The position numbers and the translations under genes are program-made. From Mizuhopecten yessoensis (taxonomy: Eukaryota): 64,000 nucleotides of DNA. Position 1 is the stretch's first letter. Every line of letters starts with the position of its first letter. Of the stretch, positions 13,701-27,598 are shown piece after piece. The notes beneath the pieces were generated by a model, which did no database searches, had not been told where the DNA came from, and saw only the letters and a list, made by a program, of their open reading frames with translations. The stretch covers positions 316,300 through 380,299 of the forward strand of contig NW_018408848.1 in the NCBI RefSeq assembly GCF_002113885.1, given 5' to 3'.

Positions 13701-16700
13701 CGGAAAACAAGATAATAAGGAGTAATAAAAAGAGGGTAATGAATTATGGTGACGGGATCGAGGGATATGTACTTATATTTTTTCTGCAGTGTATGTAGTA
13801 TTCATATACACATGTTTTTGGTCATATGACGTAATGTGATTGTCTTTGGTCCATTGGGATAACTTGTAACGCTTAGTGCATAAGTGCATTGTTGCTATAT
13901 TTTAATTGAATGTAATATGTAACGTAAAGCTTTTACCATTAATATCGTTTAGTATCATTTTACATTTTTTATTTAAATAATTTCATACAGATTATGTAAA
14001 GTATTCGACTCGGATGAAATCAAATTTGATAAATCAGAAATACGTGTTAATAACTACAGCCGTTTGCACCATTTTGTTCCCCACTTTATACCGGCTTATA
14101 TGGAATTTCAAACCTGATTGCTAGTTAACACCAGAGAGGGCCCCGAATTCAATTATGTGCCGTCGAGTAAGATTACAGAGGCTATGCTGGGAATACGGGC
14201 TAATTATGAGGCGCAATAACTAACCTTATGTCAGTTAGTTTCACAGACTGTGTTCCCTGTTCGAGTAAATCTCCTCAAATCACCCTGTTCTGCACTGGCT
14301 ACAGCCTCAGACAATTATTGGCTGTAATTATAGCTTAATACATAATGTTTGTATTGTCAAGAATAGAGAACAGAGATCGTCAAGTTTTTCAAATGATTGA
14401 TTTCTCTATAGATTTTCTTTGGGAATGGCATCGTGCAGATATTTTAATCACTAATAAAATAATGAACGTTACATAAAAAACCCCACCCCATCCGAATTTC
14501 TTTTACAAATGGTAGGTACTCGAACAAATAATATGTAATTTTGCTTTACCATGCTGTACTTCATAGGTATTTAAATATTATGTTTAATATCTAGCTAAAC
14601 TACTTCACTGAGACAAAAGACGACGCGTTGTCAATTGACTTATATAAAAATAACAGATACAAAACGTAAGATTAACTGTACGATTTAGTGTTACCCGTAC
14701 GGATCTCCCATGGAAGGTACAGTATGGAACGGAAATAAACCATATTATTGTAAATTCATATGTTCTTAATCCCACTGTAGAAAACGGCGTTGTTTTGTAA
14801 ACCTAATGGAATAGCCCGAAGTGGCAAAAATGACTGTGCGAAGACAGAGGTAATTGTTCAAGCTCTGAAGCTAATTATGATTGTGTGTATACTGTTCATT
14901 ACCTTCACATTGGAGTAGTGGACATATTAGAAAAATATGGTCCTAGGTCACATTTACCAGAAATAATGGCTTCCAAAGCTAATGGAATCCTCGTCATTCG
15001 TCTTTGCCAGACAGCGCACAAACCCCCTGGATTAATAATTGATTTTCATTACACAGGGTGTCAAACTATAGACCTTTTACCGATTGAAGAGACTAATTAT
15101 CTAATTACAGATTCCCCAGTTCGATAGTGCAATTATGGCGAGATTAAAACGACATTGAAAGGTACTACATAGTCCTTATCTGTGACGCGTCATCCACACG
15201 GCCCTACCATTATCGCATGGCGTTCCTGTCAATCAACGTTCGTAAAGCGCTTGGCTTATCTCAAATCCAATACATCATATTTTTGTTAAGCTGAGGCAGG
15301 TAAACAACGTTCTAAAACATCTGAACGATCTTGATTTTATAGAAATTAATCCATAGATGGAAAATTGATGAGGTTGATCAGAAGTCTGCATAATGTATAC
15401 AACGTTAGTAGCGACGGTGCCACACAGGGCTGATGATGTATGGAACACAGCCCAGTGTCCCTCTCCCATCACATTGTAGACACGCGATGACTGCTTCATA
15501 TGTAAATACAGCAAAGACTTAAATATGTCTAGAAACAATTCACTAGCCCTAGCTATTTCGATTGAAATACCTACCTATATACGTCATTGTCAACGAATTA
15601 TTAGCGAAAATGGAAATCCAGTGAATATGGTATTTAGCAAGTCCTAACTAGATTAGTACATCATAACTATTTTGTTCAAAAATGCTACTGGGAACTGACT
15701 GAAAGCTTCTGTCTTTCTTGTAGCCCTATACAGTTTTTCAAGTCCAAAATAAAACATTAAATTTGACTCGGCAAGCCTTAGCGTCACCAAGGACAAAACC
15801 GGAGATCAACCATATATATAGCTATCCATTTTTTAATGCAGTTTATTAAGGCCGAGACAGTGACATCAGCTTCTTCTAATATCGGAGTCTGACGAAGCGA
15901 TACAATTTGAAATCTTTCCTAATCTCGGTATGTACTATTTCATACAGATGTCCAAACTATTCAAACGTTTGAAAACCAACCTGCGAAACACCGGTTACCA
16001 CCTTCCAGTGGTCAGTACTGCAAACTACTAGTATCCTCATGCGTAGTTTCGTTTAATTTTTCAAAAAGATTGACAAAAAAAAAGAAAATGTCATATCCTT
16101 CCATGTTACGTAAAATGTAAAAGGAATGAGAACATAATATCTGTATAACGATAAAGAGGAGACAATGGATCTGAAACATTCCGTGAAATAGGAACGGAGA
16201 TTTCTTGTGAGCATTTCTTGATACATATAACAGCATGTTATGGGCAAGGTAAACGACATCGGTGGACCTTTAAGGGGGTCATTTATACCTTGATAAAAGT
16301 AAATTTTCAAAATGCGAAATTCAAGCATTTGTCATGTCCCGAATCTAGGGTATAACCACAGTGATTGAAGACCTTAAAGGAAGATATTTTGTCCAGGAAA
16401 TGTTAAGAGAAGAGACACAGGGACAATTAATAGACTATGATATACCTATTGTACCTGGTTTCAGCGTTAAGACTCCCGCCACAAAATACTTAAAATACGA
16501 TTGTGGGCAATGATAAAATTTTAAACGGAGTTTTTGATCATTTGACATGAAACGTTCCAGTTCTGTCCACAGTCGATCCAATGCCAGCCTTTGGTAACAT
16601 CTAACCCATAAGACTATTTGGAAAATATCATATCGGGGTTATAGGCGGTTTTCGGGGCAATTAAATGGTAAGCCCCTCCACCGAAACTAGTATGACGAGC

Positions 16701-18208
16701 CACAAAAGGTAAGATGCATTTATTTATTTCATTAAGATGAGCACAAGTGTATTGAGTATCGAGCACAATAAATCTCACCAGCCGCCCAATATTACTTTAT
16801 ACCATATTCTACAACGTCAGCGATGTAACAACACTTTTCATTGGTCATTTGACAATAATGCATTTGTATTCACGCATTATTATCCAACAAACCATGCACG
16901 TGCAACGCTCTTTATGAAGCCTCTCCATACTACAAATGCAAATTGTCCTGGACGAATTAACTTTGTTGAGTGAACGCGCATACGTATTTGTTCATGTATT
17001 TATATGTTTACTTATAAATCCATGTCAAACAATGACATCAGCAGTGAATTCGGCTTACGGTTGAAATGTAAACGTGGTAGCATGTGACAAATATTTGCAC
17101 GCGCAAGACAACAGCCACATTTAAATAATTGGACAATCTAGGTTACGGTGTATTATATAGGCACTCAATTACATTTCCATGCAGTAGAATAGATTTAATC
17201 AACATAGGTTTGTATATTACGATAGTACATACAACTTGGGATTAGAAATTGTTAGTAAAAATAATTAACTCAGTCAGAAGCAGCATTCGTTATTTCCCCC
17301 CCCCCCCCCAACATTTTCTCACCCTCGCTACATATTCCACCATAATGCACGCACATATGTTGATTACTTCTTAAATAATATAGTATTGTTTCGGGCGATA
17401 CACGCATGTATAATAGCAATTATATTTATAAACATAGAGTAAAGAAACAGAGACTACAACAGGGAGACAGCGATAAGAAAACAACAATCGCCGTGAGGAC
17501 ATGCCCCTGTATTGTAAATAGTTTCGATATAAAATAAAGTCGTTTGTAAAGGATGTGTTTATATGTCGTTCTGTGAGACATTTATTTATATTAGTGCTAG
17601 AATAACGTTATAAATATGTAGAAAGTCCAACTACATGTTTACAAATGATACAATTAAACGTGAATCGATTCTCATTTGCCTTCATTCCTAATCTTAAACT
17701 CATTTTCTATAGAACATTTCATTTGAAAAAGTTAACGAAAAATGTTTACAAAGAGCCAGTTTTCAATATCCTTCATCAAGGATGACTTTGGAAACAGAAA
17801 CAACCCGTTATAGAATCAGAATATTTGAAGTATTTAAATACAATGGGACTCTCTCACGACAGAGGCCACTTCTAATCTTATTAACTGTTAAACAGATAAC
17901 CGAATTTCAAGACGCAGCGTCCTACGTGACTACTACCCGACACAATCCGGAGTTTCGACTTGGGAGTTAATGACACATCACTGTTAGTTCCTGAAAAGAG
18001 GTTTGTCACGTGGGCTAGTCTCGTGGCTAACGGGGATGCTGTGGGCTAAGATTTAACTGTCGAGTAGGTTTAAAATGTAACATTATTTTGTTGAATATTG
18101 ATGGGTTGTTCCCCTTTATTTGATTAAAGAGAATATTTTTCCAGAAATTCTTTTTTCTTTTTAAACTCAAGTCATCTACTCTCTGTTAAATCCTGAACGC
18201 ATGCCTTT

Positions 18209-18211
<3 letters not shown>

Positions 18212-18237
<26 letters not shown>
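18212..18237. repeat. (TA)n microsatellite
   Basis: Seen directly. Confidence 0.95.
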
Positions 18238-18242
<5 letters not shown>

Positions 18243-18743
18243 TAAACAGAGTATCATACTTTCAACTCATTTGTTAAAAATCGCCATCCGGCTTAACTGT
18301 TTCGTACTTTTTTTGTTTAAATGTACATGTAGTATATCTATGCCAAAAAATGGAATTTACTTGTCATTTTGCAATGACTTTTGGTTATCGCAAAGTAAAT
18401 AGGAATGAATGTTTACGACTTTACATTCTGTGTGCTGCTTGTCTATGAACGTTTCATTTTAAAGATTGATCATGATTGCATCTTCCCACTTTATTAATAT
18501 TAACAGATTTACCAGTTTAGTTTAAAACGCCAACAAGGGCTAAAAAGCTGGGAAATACAGCATATGCATCTCTCTTCGTATTTTAAATTTTTTGTATCTT
18601 TGTAACAATATCATCGAAAACCTGACCACAGCTTTTTATAAATATATTAATAAAATAAAAAATAATAAAACTGTTGTTTAAGCCTATTTATTTTTATCAC
18701 CATAGGCCACCAGAGCGTTCTTAGTTAACACATCTCTGTCTCA

Positions 18744-18870
18744 TTCATTGACAATGTCGATCGTATATACCCGTCTGAACCTGAAATCAAGGCACCACAG
18801 TTCTATATCAATGATAGTGTGCCTTATGGGTTTGTTTCACTACCGCGACTCCTACTTTGAGATCTAGACA
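18744..18870 (+). mobile_element. Penelope-like retroelement RT relic
   Basis: Translates to FIDNVDRIYPSEPEIKA, resembling the Penelope/Neptune RT motif F..YV..IYP.ELEIKDTT. A degenerate SYLDL-like stretch follows. Confidence 0.6.
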
Positions 18871-20199
18871 TTATTTAGATGTGACCTAGAATTACAGATA
18901 AACCACGGGTTACCTTATATTAGAATGATATTAAATTGTCGATGGTGTGGTCGATAAAACATTGTTTATAGTCCCCTATTTTACATTATCACTGCGCATG
19001 CTCAAATGTCTGCATTGACGAGATGTTTGGCGAATAACCCAAGATAACAGTGGAGGAGGTATTGCCGTGATAACTTTCACGTAACGTAATTTGGTACCTT
19101 GACAAAAATATAAATGCTGTTGCCATGCTATCGGCATATTTCTATCATTTTATTTATAACAACACAAGCACCATAAGAAATCGAATATCCATTACTTGTT
19201 TTATCAATACTTCTTCAAATTGAAAACGAACCTTTATCATTTAAGTGATGATAACATGATGTAACTGATACACAGACGGTGTAGTCTGCAGTTATATCCA
19301 GTTAGTAAGATGTTATGACCGGCAAGTCATTCACCAAGCAAACTCGTTATTGTCAAATAATCTAACTTTAATCCCGGAATTAGTAGACATTATATGTGTT
19401 ATTAAAACTGCACTGAAAAAAGAAAATCTCATTTATGGAGATGGATTCTCTATGGAAATATCAGAAAGATTTGTTTTATTTCAATCAAATTATCCAACAA
19501 CATTTTAATGAATTCCAATACATTTGCCGAGCTCTCTGGGGCTGTTTGTTTCGACATAAATAACATTCACTGTCGGGGATTCGAAACATAAGACATCTCT
19601 TTTCTATGAGTAGTTATGTTTTATGGATCACGCGAGACAGACATAACGCGTTGAATTAGTTTTATATTAAGGATATGCGAAAAAGGGAAATTCAAGGTGT
19701 GTTTGACAGTATGCATCTACCAATCAAAGCTAAATTCCATGCTTCATACATGTACGCGGTATAACATATTGCTCAAAAATTGTGCGAGGTTAAACGTATG
19801 ACTCGCGAGATATTTACGTGGTATACCTAATTGTTCGCGAGCTTTTTGTGCAGAATTGCTTATGGCTTGCGAGATATTTACTCTGTATAACTTTTATTTT
19901 GACATATATTTTGGCACAAAATGGCAAGGAAAGTCGATTGCCGATTTAAATATCTCACAAATATCTAAAAACAAAATGTGTAACATCATTACATTGTTAA
20001 AGTGGTGTGAATGTTCCCCCTTTTGACCTCCCCTACCACTGATGAGCGATAAGAAAACCTACTCCCCCACCTCAATATTCAGGCGTTTGAACAAAAAAAT
20101 CCTTATTGAATTTTAGTAATATCTCTGTTGTTTACAATATCGAAAACTGTCATGCCACTAAAATATCTTTCAGGTTAATTTTTTGCCGTGTTCATTCGT

Positions 20200-20400
20200 T
20201 TACCTGACAACGACATATCCTGGTAAGGTATGGTATACTGGGTTGTTCCTAGGGAGCTTGTCCTGTAGCTTGATGTTGCGAACAGCAATAATATGTCGCT
20301 GCTTTGCAGTATCCATTTTCATCTACATCTCCTCTCAAAGCTGCGATAAAAATGTACCTGCAGGATCAACACATCTGTTTCTTTACAAGAGATAATACGA
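20200..20400 (-). mobile_element. Decayed DNA-transposon nuclease fragment (XPG/FEN1-like DTDV...HALTGCD type, as in Academ-like elements)
   Basis: Minus strand gives IISCKETDVLILQVHF, then a frameshift to MKMDTAKQRHIIAVRNIKLQDKLPRNNPVYHTLPGYVVV. These match degenerate DTDV-L-LL and LP.FHALTGCD motifs. Confidence 0.5.
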
Positions 20401-20741
20401 AGACATCAAATTACCGAGAAATCTCCATAGCTTACCAAACACTGACCGGACATATTGACAGCCAATTGGTCTGTAAGATACTTCATGCAGTTCTACTGGA
20501 CAACCCTGGAAATGGAACTCTACCTGAGGCGGCAGAGACAAAAACAGAGGGGTTCTTTTGTGTGGTATATCTACAATACATGTAAGATATTTTGATCAAT
20601 GGTTTGAATTGCACGGTATTGTTCACCAAAGGATGAAGTGTGCGAGTCATTGTGGGTGTGTCCTTGTGAGTATCTATGTCTTATCTGTAATTGCCATAAG
20701 TTGTAAAACTTCAGCAAATAAAGAACTTGAACTTTAACTTG
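20400..20741 (+). mobile_element. Decayed CR1/L2-type LINE 3' end
   Basis: YQTLTGHID...(frameshifted) WNS-LPE terminal motif; ends in AATAAAGAACTTGAACTTTAACTTG, a tandem tail at 20717-20741. Confidence 0.6.
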
Positions 20742-22084
20742 TCTTATATGTAACTTTCCGATTGTGCAGGCTTATAAGACGGTCACAGGTAACATAAGGT
20801 AATGTCACGATAATACGCTACCCTATCCTTGGAACAAAAAGTACAATGTACATTACAACTATGTTTTGAATATTAGAAATTTTGAATAAGTATTCTTGAT
20901 CACTGATACAATTCTGTTAGGTGTGCTATGTCTAATGAGTACCAATACCTAGGCTAAGCTTGCCAAAGTCCAACATAGTTGACGACATGCGTTTTGTCAT
21001 TTTGTTTTCATGTGACCCAAATGTTTCCGATTGGGTTCATGTCAGGAACATTGCCTCGTCATGGTTATATGTTATTTCTACTTTGTTCTAAAACATTTAA
21101 AGCTCATCGAATTATGACAGTGGGTAGAAACAAATCAACAGATATGCTCACTTTTTAGAGAACACCAAGCATTCGGAAAGCATCCTAAATCGTTTCTAAC
21201 CTTTCCTTTGGTATCAAACTCAGTTTACAAATACCAAACCCTAACAGCACCAAGAAGAACGCTTTTGAATAACGATAACCACTTATTTACTGATGTTTAT
21301 AGACATTTATATTCATAAAGGTTTAGAATACATTCATGAAACTTTTTTTTCTTCTGTAAATACTTGTTCGACTATCAGAATATTTTTTACCGCCAGATAA
21401 ATCGATGAATTACATTTAAAAAATCCAGCTCACTCTCTTTTTGTACCGAAAATGAACCAACCCTATTCAAATTGTTCGTAATATTCATTTTACACTTGTA
21501 GTTGAGATAATTAATTTCATTGTTCGTAATCGTCATTGTAGCTGAGATAATTAATTTCAATTTCTAATGAAACATAACATTTATCAATTTAACACATACC
21601 TGACACTCTTTTTCAAAAATTCCCTTTGAATGAATTATTTATGTGTGTTTTAAATTTAATAGATATGTGCCCTTAATTTCTGAACAAAATAATGTGTTAT
21701 TAATTTCAAATCCGAGGTGTATAGAAGAGGGATTTTCACCCTTTTCAGAAAGCATCACTAATTTTGCCCCCTTTACCAGTTAACTATTAACTGCAGTAAT
21801 GCAAGAATTTTCACCGAGAAATCTGGAATTTATGTTTTGTCCTGTTACTCCAAAGATAAAACATCACTTAATACATTACATGTGTCAGCGTTTCCCGATT
21901 GTAAAAATATTCACCGGGTGATGAAATCCCTCCTTCACTATCAGCAGTCATAGTGGAAATGAACATTTTAGAAGGGTCAGTAGTGCAGCCCCAGACCTAG
22001 ATCTGGGCTCTCTCACTCCTATAGTACAGGTTGGAGGTTATTGTCTTAACGTAGAGGATTGCCTACCAAGGAGACCCGTGGGCT

Positions 22085-22270
22085 GTTTGTACTTGTAATG
22101 TTAAATCATTCGACAGCAAACTGCACATGCAGATCCGAGCGGTTAGGGTGTACAGGCGTGCCAACGTGAACGAGTGACATGTGTCGCATCTTTCTCACAG
22201 TGACGGAGAAGGAGGAAGACTCGAAATATTGAGTCATAGCTTGTGTATGTAGGGATTTCAAACAACGTAA
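22085..22270 (-). mobile_element. Decayed CR1-like LINE 3' end
   Basis: FEIPTYTSYDSIFRVFLL resembles the terminal F.IP......SFFP motif; (CAAGTA)-like tail at ~22085-22098. Confidence 0.4.
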
Positions 22271-22929
22271 ATATGATAGGATACATATCTTGGTCTTTGC
22301 TATCTGACAGCTTTAAAATAAGTGTGGGGATGGAGTAGATCGAGTAATTTATATCATTCATTACATTAAGGATAAATGGTATATTGTCAACAAAGGTTAC
22401 CTTATTACTTATCGATTTGTAAAGTTCCGAAACCAAAATGGTTAATATTAACCTTGATGCAATGAAAACAGATTTAGTTTCTTCCATTTTATTTTGATGG
22501 CATCAGGGTTTTCGAGATCTTTGCTTGAGCTATGGGTACCTACATTGTATTATCGTTGCATTCACTCTCAATCGTTATATAGCTACATAACTCCGCATCA
22601 AATTGATGCGTACCAAGTAATGATATTTTACTCAAACTTTTAAAAATTGAGTGAAGTGTTGTAAAATTTCTTGTGATTGATGATTATTGAAGTTATATCT
22701 TCATTTATAAGAGTTAAATGTATTACTAAACCAGAATATTTCTGATATTAACATAATTTATTATGTAGTTGCATATTTCAGAAACAATAAAATAATTCTG
22801 TCCATGAAATCAACAACTTAATGTGTATTTTGACGTTTTATTTTATACTGATGCGCACAAGTTCTATAATTTTGTTACAGCTGTGTAGCCCGTGTGTTCA
22901 TTGGAGATATGGCCAATCATGATTCCGTA

Positions 22930-23400
22930 AGAAACAATAGGTCTGGTGGGCCTGCATCGCTAACCGATATTTATGGGGTTTTTTCCGGTAACTTGAGACT
23001 ATGGTGACCATCTCTTATTGACTAAAAATGGGATCAAAAGTGATGCATGTGCTGGTTGAAGGAATAAAGCTTGTAATTAAAAAATCAATTTGTATGCCCG
23101 TAAAAAGCATGTTTTTTTTAATTTTTTTACTAGGCATTGTCTTACTGAGGTATTAATATAGTGGTCCACCAATCAGAAGACGGGGTTCATATTTCGAATC
23201 AATCCAAACAGCGTCTGAACAAAACCTGAAGGCGATATCAATATTAAGTTTGGTGACCAAGTTTGGTTTGTGTTTGCCATTGAGAGGATATACCAACGCT
23301 AAGTCAGTGCCTGGAGATGAACACAGGTATAAAGTCGCAAATGTCTTCGCCAATAAGAGGCTAATGCGGCCATTTTGGATTTCAAACCAGCTTGAATGAA
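22930..23400. mobile_element. Degenerate HINE/Helentron-related element fragment
   Basis: AACAATAGGTCTGGTGGGCCTGCATCGCT end and GCGGCCATTTTGGATTT core resemble the intact element at 52917-53634. Confidence 0.45.
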
Positions 23401-23793
23401 AATGTTCATTGTATTAATAAGATTGATGGGCATCATGCAATCACGTCGATACCAAACACAAATATGTATGATTATGTCGAGATATGTAAATAGTGGTGTA
23501 AAAATATACTATACCCCATACTAAATTGGTTCTATTCTACATCAGAAGGATCTATGATTTCTCAAACATTAAAATAGTCCAAATAGATTATGCTATTAAA
23601 ATGTAAAAACTTGTGGCACAACTTCGCTCACATATGTAAAACATCTTTGATTTTCTGAATACTCTGGTTTATTCCCACATGGAAACCCTCTGCGCTCTAA
23701 TATCGGGGCCAACAATAGTGATTGATGTAAGTTTAATTGACTTGTTTCATAATTGTTGTAAAAGATCATATTAAAACTAAAGCAACATCATGG

Positions 23794-24040
23794 TATATAT
23801 TGACCTACAGTATGTATATATTGACATACAGTATGTATATATTGACATACAGTATGTATATATTGACATACAGTATGTATGTATATATTGACATACAGTA
23901 TGTATATATTGTGATACAGTATGTATATATTGACATACAGCATGTATGTATTGACATACAGTATGTATATATTGACATACAGTATGTATATTTTGACATA
24001 CAGTATGTATATATTGACATTCAGTATGTATATATTGACA
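23794..24040. repeat. 21-bp minisatellite (TATATATTGACATACAGTATG), ~11 copies
   Basis: Visible period; explains ORFs 23737-24060 and 23805-24020. Confidence 0.95.
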
Positions 24041-24492
24041 TAAAAATTCGCAAAAAGTAAGAACTGACTTTGATGAACTTATAAATAGTGAAAATTGGCA
24101 TACAACATCAAATAAATATGAATCACCAAATGGGAAATATTAAGAATATCAAATGTCAGCTAGGCTATTTTTGACCTGGAAAGGTTCGAGAAAATGTCTA
24201 GCTTGGGTATCGTGTGTAACACGATATTTCAATCGATTATATTCAGTTTATATTCTTAGTCTGGGATGTTACGGGTATTTAAGTTTATCTTAGACACAAT
24301 GAACAAGTTTGCGAATGTCCATTTATGCAAGTCGGATTAAAATTTCTTAGCGCAAATTAAAGTATTTCTGGTGGAACAATCCGGCTAAGTATGGTATTGG
24401 TCAAGAGAACACTCAAATCTAGAAAATCCTGACACTAGGAACAAGATCTGGAGCTGGCATTGTGTGTTCATACTTACGTGCTGAACACTTAC

Positions 24493-24553
24493 CTTCTGTC
24501 CTCAGGTACGTCTGTAAATGGTATTCACTGTCAACAGCATCAATGATATCCAT
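24493..24553 (-). CDS. Candidate first coding segment of an unidentified gene (MDIIDAVDSEYHLQTYLRTE, phase 1) inside exon 24493-24600
   Basis: Pyrimidine tract plus CTAAC and CAG acceptor (TTTCTTTACGTTTCTTATCTAACCAG, AG at 24602-24601); GAAATGG start context; consensus donor AAG|GTAAGT at 24493/24492. No homology recognised. Confidence 0.45.
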
Positions 24554-24929
24554 TTCTCCGTTAGAGGTTTACGGATAAGCATTGGCTACCGAGGTGGTAT
24601 CTGGTTAGATAAGAAACGTAAAGAAATACAGAATTATCAATAAATAACAAACCATAACGAAAAATCAACAGAGTTAACACTTAAATATATAGCGTCAGAT
24701 TAGACATATTTCATCTTTAAGCCTCTAAACTAAATACGAATGTTACAGTCGTTATAGAATAAACGAATACACAATGAGTTCTGGTTTAATGTTTTGTCTA
24801 TATGTTTTAAAAACTTATTTTACTCGAGTGCTAAAGTGCCACATGGAGATAATCGCAGTATTATTTTTCAAATGTTGCAAAACGAAAGCTCATAGCAATA
24901 TCCAACTCAGATTCCGGATAGTGTTGTGT

Positions 24930-27598
24930 TATACTAGACATAGATCTGTAGTTGAGACTGGAGTGAAGATCGTGTTTCATGGAGTATACAGACAAAGATC
25001 TATAGAGGAGACTGGAGTGAATATCGTGTCACACGGAGTATACTAGACTAGGATCTATAGTGGAGACTGGAGTGAAGATCGTGTTTCACAGAGTATACAG
25101 ATTAAGATCTATAGTGGAGACTGGAGTGAAGATCGTGTTACATGGAGTATACCAGCCTAAGATCTATAGTGGAGACTGAAGTGAATATCGTGTTCCACAG
25201 AGTATACCAGACTAAGATCTATAGTGGAGACTGGAGTGAAGATCGTGTTCCACAGAGTATACCAGGCTAAGATATAGAGTGGATACTGAAGTGAAGATCG
25301 TGTTCCACAGAGTAAACAGACAAAGATCTATAGTGGAGACAGGAGTGAAGATCTTGTTACACGAAGAATACAAGACTAAGATCTATAGTGGAGACTGGAG
25401 TGAAGATCGTGTTCCACAGAGTATACAGATTAAGATCTATAGTGGAGACTGGAGTGAAGATCGTGTTCCACAGAGTATACAGACTAAGATATATAGTGGA
25501 GACTGGAGTGAAGATCGTGTTACATGGAGTATACCAGCCTAAGATCTATAGTGGAGACTGGAGTGAAGATCGTGTTCCACAGAGTATACCATACTAAGAT
25601 CTATAGTGGAGACTGGAGTGAAGATCGTGTTCCACAGAGTATACAGATTAAGATCTATAGTGGAGACTGGAGTGAAGATCGTGTTTCACAGAGTATACAG
25701 ATTAAGATCTATAGTGGAGACTGGAGTGAAGATCGTGTTCCACAGAGTATACAGACTAAGATATATAGTGGATACTGCAGTGGAGATCGTGTTCCACAGA
25801 GTATACCAGACTAAAATCTATAGTGGAGACTGAAGTGAAGATCGTGTTACAGGGAGTATACCAGACTAAGATATATAGTGGAGACTGAAGTGAAGATCGT
25901 GTTCCACAGAGTATACCAGACTAAGATATATAGTGGATACTGAAGTGAAGATCGTGTTCCACAGAGTAAACAGACAAAGATATATAGTGGAGACTGAAGT
26001 GAAGATCGTGTTCCACAGAGTATACAGACTAAGATTTATAGTGGATACTGAAGTGGAGATCGTGTTCCACAGAGTATACCAGACTAAAATCTATAGTGGA
26101 GACTGAAGTGAAGATCGTGTTCCACAGAGTATACAGACTAAGATATATAGTGGAGACTGGAGTGAAGATCGTGTTCCACAGAGTATACAGATTAAGATCT
26201 ATAGTGGAGACTGGAGTGAAGATCGTGTTTCACAGAGTATACAGATTAAGATCTATGGTGGAGACTGGAGTGAAGATCGTGTTACACGGAGTATACCAGC
26301 CTAAGATCTATAGTGGAGACTGAAGTGAAGATCGTGTTACAGGGAGTATACCAGACTAAGATATATAGTGGAGACTCAAGTGAAGATCGTGTTCCACAGA
26401 GTATACAGACTAAGATATATAGTGGAGACTGGAGTGAAGATCGTGTTCCACAGAGTATACAGATTAAGATCTATAGTGGAGACTGGAGTGAAGATCGTGT
26501 TCCACAGAGTATACAGACTAAGATATATAGTGGAGACTGGAGTGAAGATCGTGTTCCACAGAGTATACAGATTAAGATCTATAGTGGAGACTGGAGTGAA
26601 GATCGTGTTCCACAGAGTATACAGACTAAGATATATAGTGGAGACTGGAGTGNNNNNNNNNNNNNNNNNNNNNNNNNNNNNNNNNNNNNNNNNNNNNNNN
26701 NNNNNNNNNNNNNNNNNNNNNNNNNNNNNNNNNNNNNNNNNNNNNNNNNNNNNNNNNNNNNNNNNNNNNNNNNNNNNNNNNNNNNNNNNNNNNNNNNNNC
26801 AGACAAAGATATATAGTGGAGACTGAAGTGAAGATCGTGTTACACGGAGTATACAAGACTAGGATCTATAGTGGAGACTGAAGTGAAGATCGTGTTCCAC
26901 CGAGTAAACAGACAAAGATAGATAGTGGAGACTGAAGTGAAGATCGTGTTACACGGAGTATACCAGACTAAGATCTATAGTGGATACTGAAGTGAAGATC
27001 GTGTTATACGGAGTATACCAGACTAAGATATATAGTGGAGACTGAAGTGAAGATCGTGTTCCACCGAGTAAACAGACAAAGATAGATAGTGGAGACTGAA
27101 GTGAAGATCGTGTTACACGGAGTATACCAGACTAAGATATATAGTGGAGACTGAAGTGAAGATCGTGTTACACAGAGTATACAGACTAAGATATATAGTG
27201 GATACTGAAGTGAAGATCGTGTTACACGGAGTATACCAGACTAAGATATATAGTGGAGACTGAAGTGAAGATCGTGTACACGGAGTATAAAAGACTAGGA
27301 TCTATAGTGGAGACTGAAGTGAAGATCGTGTTCCACAGAGTATACCAGACTAAGATATATAGTGGATACTGAAGTGAAGATCGTGTTCCAAAGAGTATAC
27401 CAGACTAAGATCTATAGTGGAGACTGAAGTGAAGATCGTGTTCCACAGAGTATACAGACAAAGATCTATAGTGGAGACTGGAGTGAAGTTCGTGTTACTG
27501 AAAGGATACTAGACAAAGATGTATAGTGGAGACTGGAGTGAAGATCGTGTCACACGGAGTATACCAGACAAAAACCTATAGTGGAGACTGGAGTGAAA
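24930..27598. repeat. 54/55-bp minisatellite (AGACTAAGATCTATAGTGGAGACTGGAGTGAAGATCGTGTTCCACAGAGTATAC), >45 copies
   Basis: Visible period; contains an assembly gap, so the true length is unknown. Confidence 0.97.
26653..26799. other. Assembly gap (147 N)
   Basis: N run inside the 54-bp array. Confidence 1.

Noticed and set aside
20035-20070. Minimal hammerhead ribozyme (CTGATGAG...GAAA); also CTGATGA at ~15430
   Set aside because: Stems I/III and the cleavage triplet cannot be formed.
21980-22085. SINE-like fragments here and at ~17930-18075
   Set aside because: Resemblance too weak to assign without a repeat library.
25279-26856. ORFs in the 54-bp array, including those spanning Ns
   Set aside because: Repeat- and gap-derived; 55-bp variants shift frame freely.
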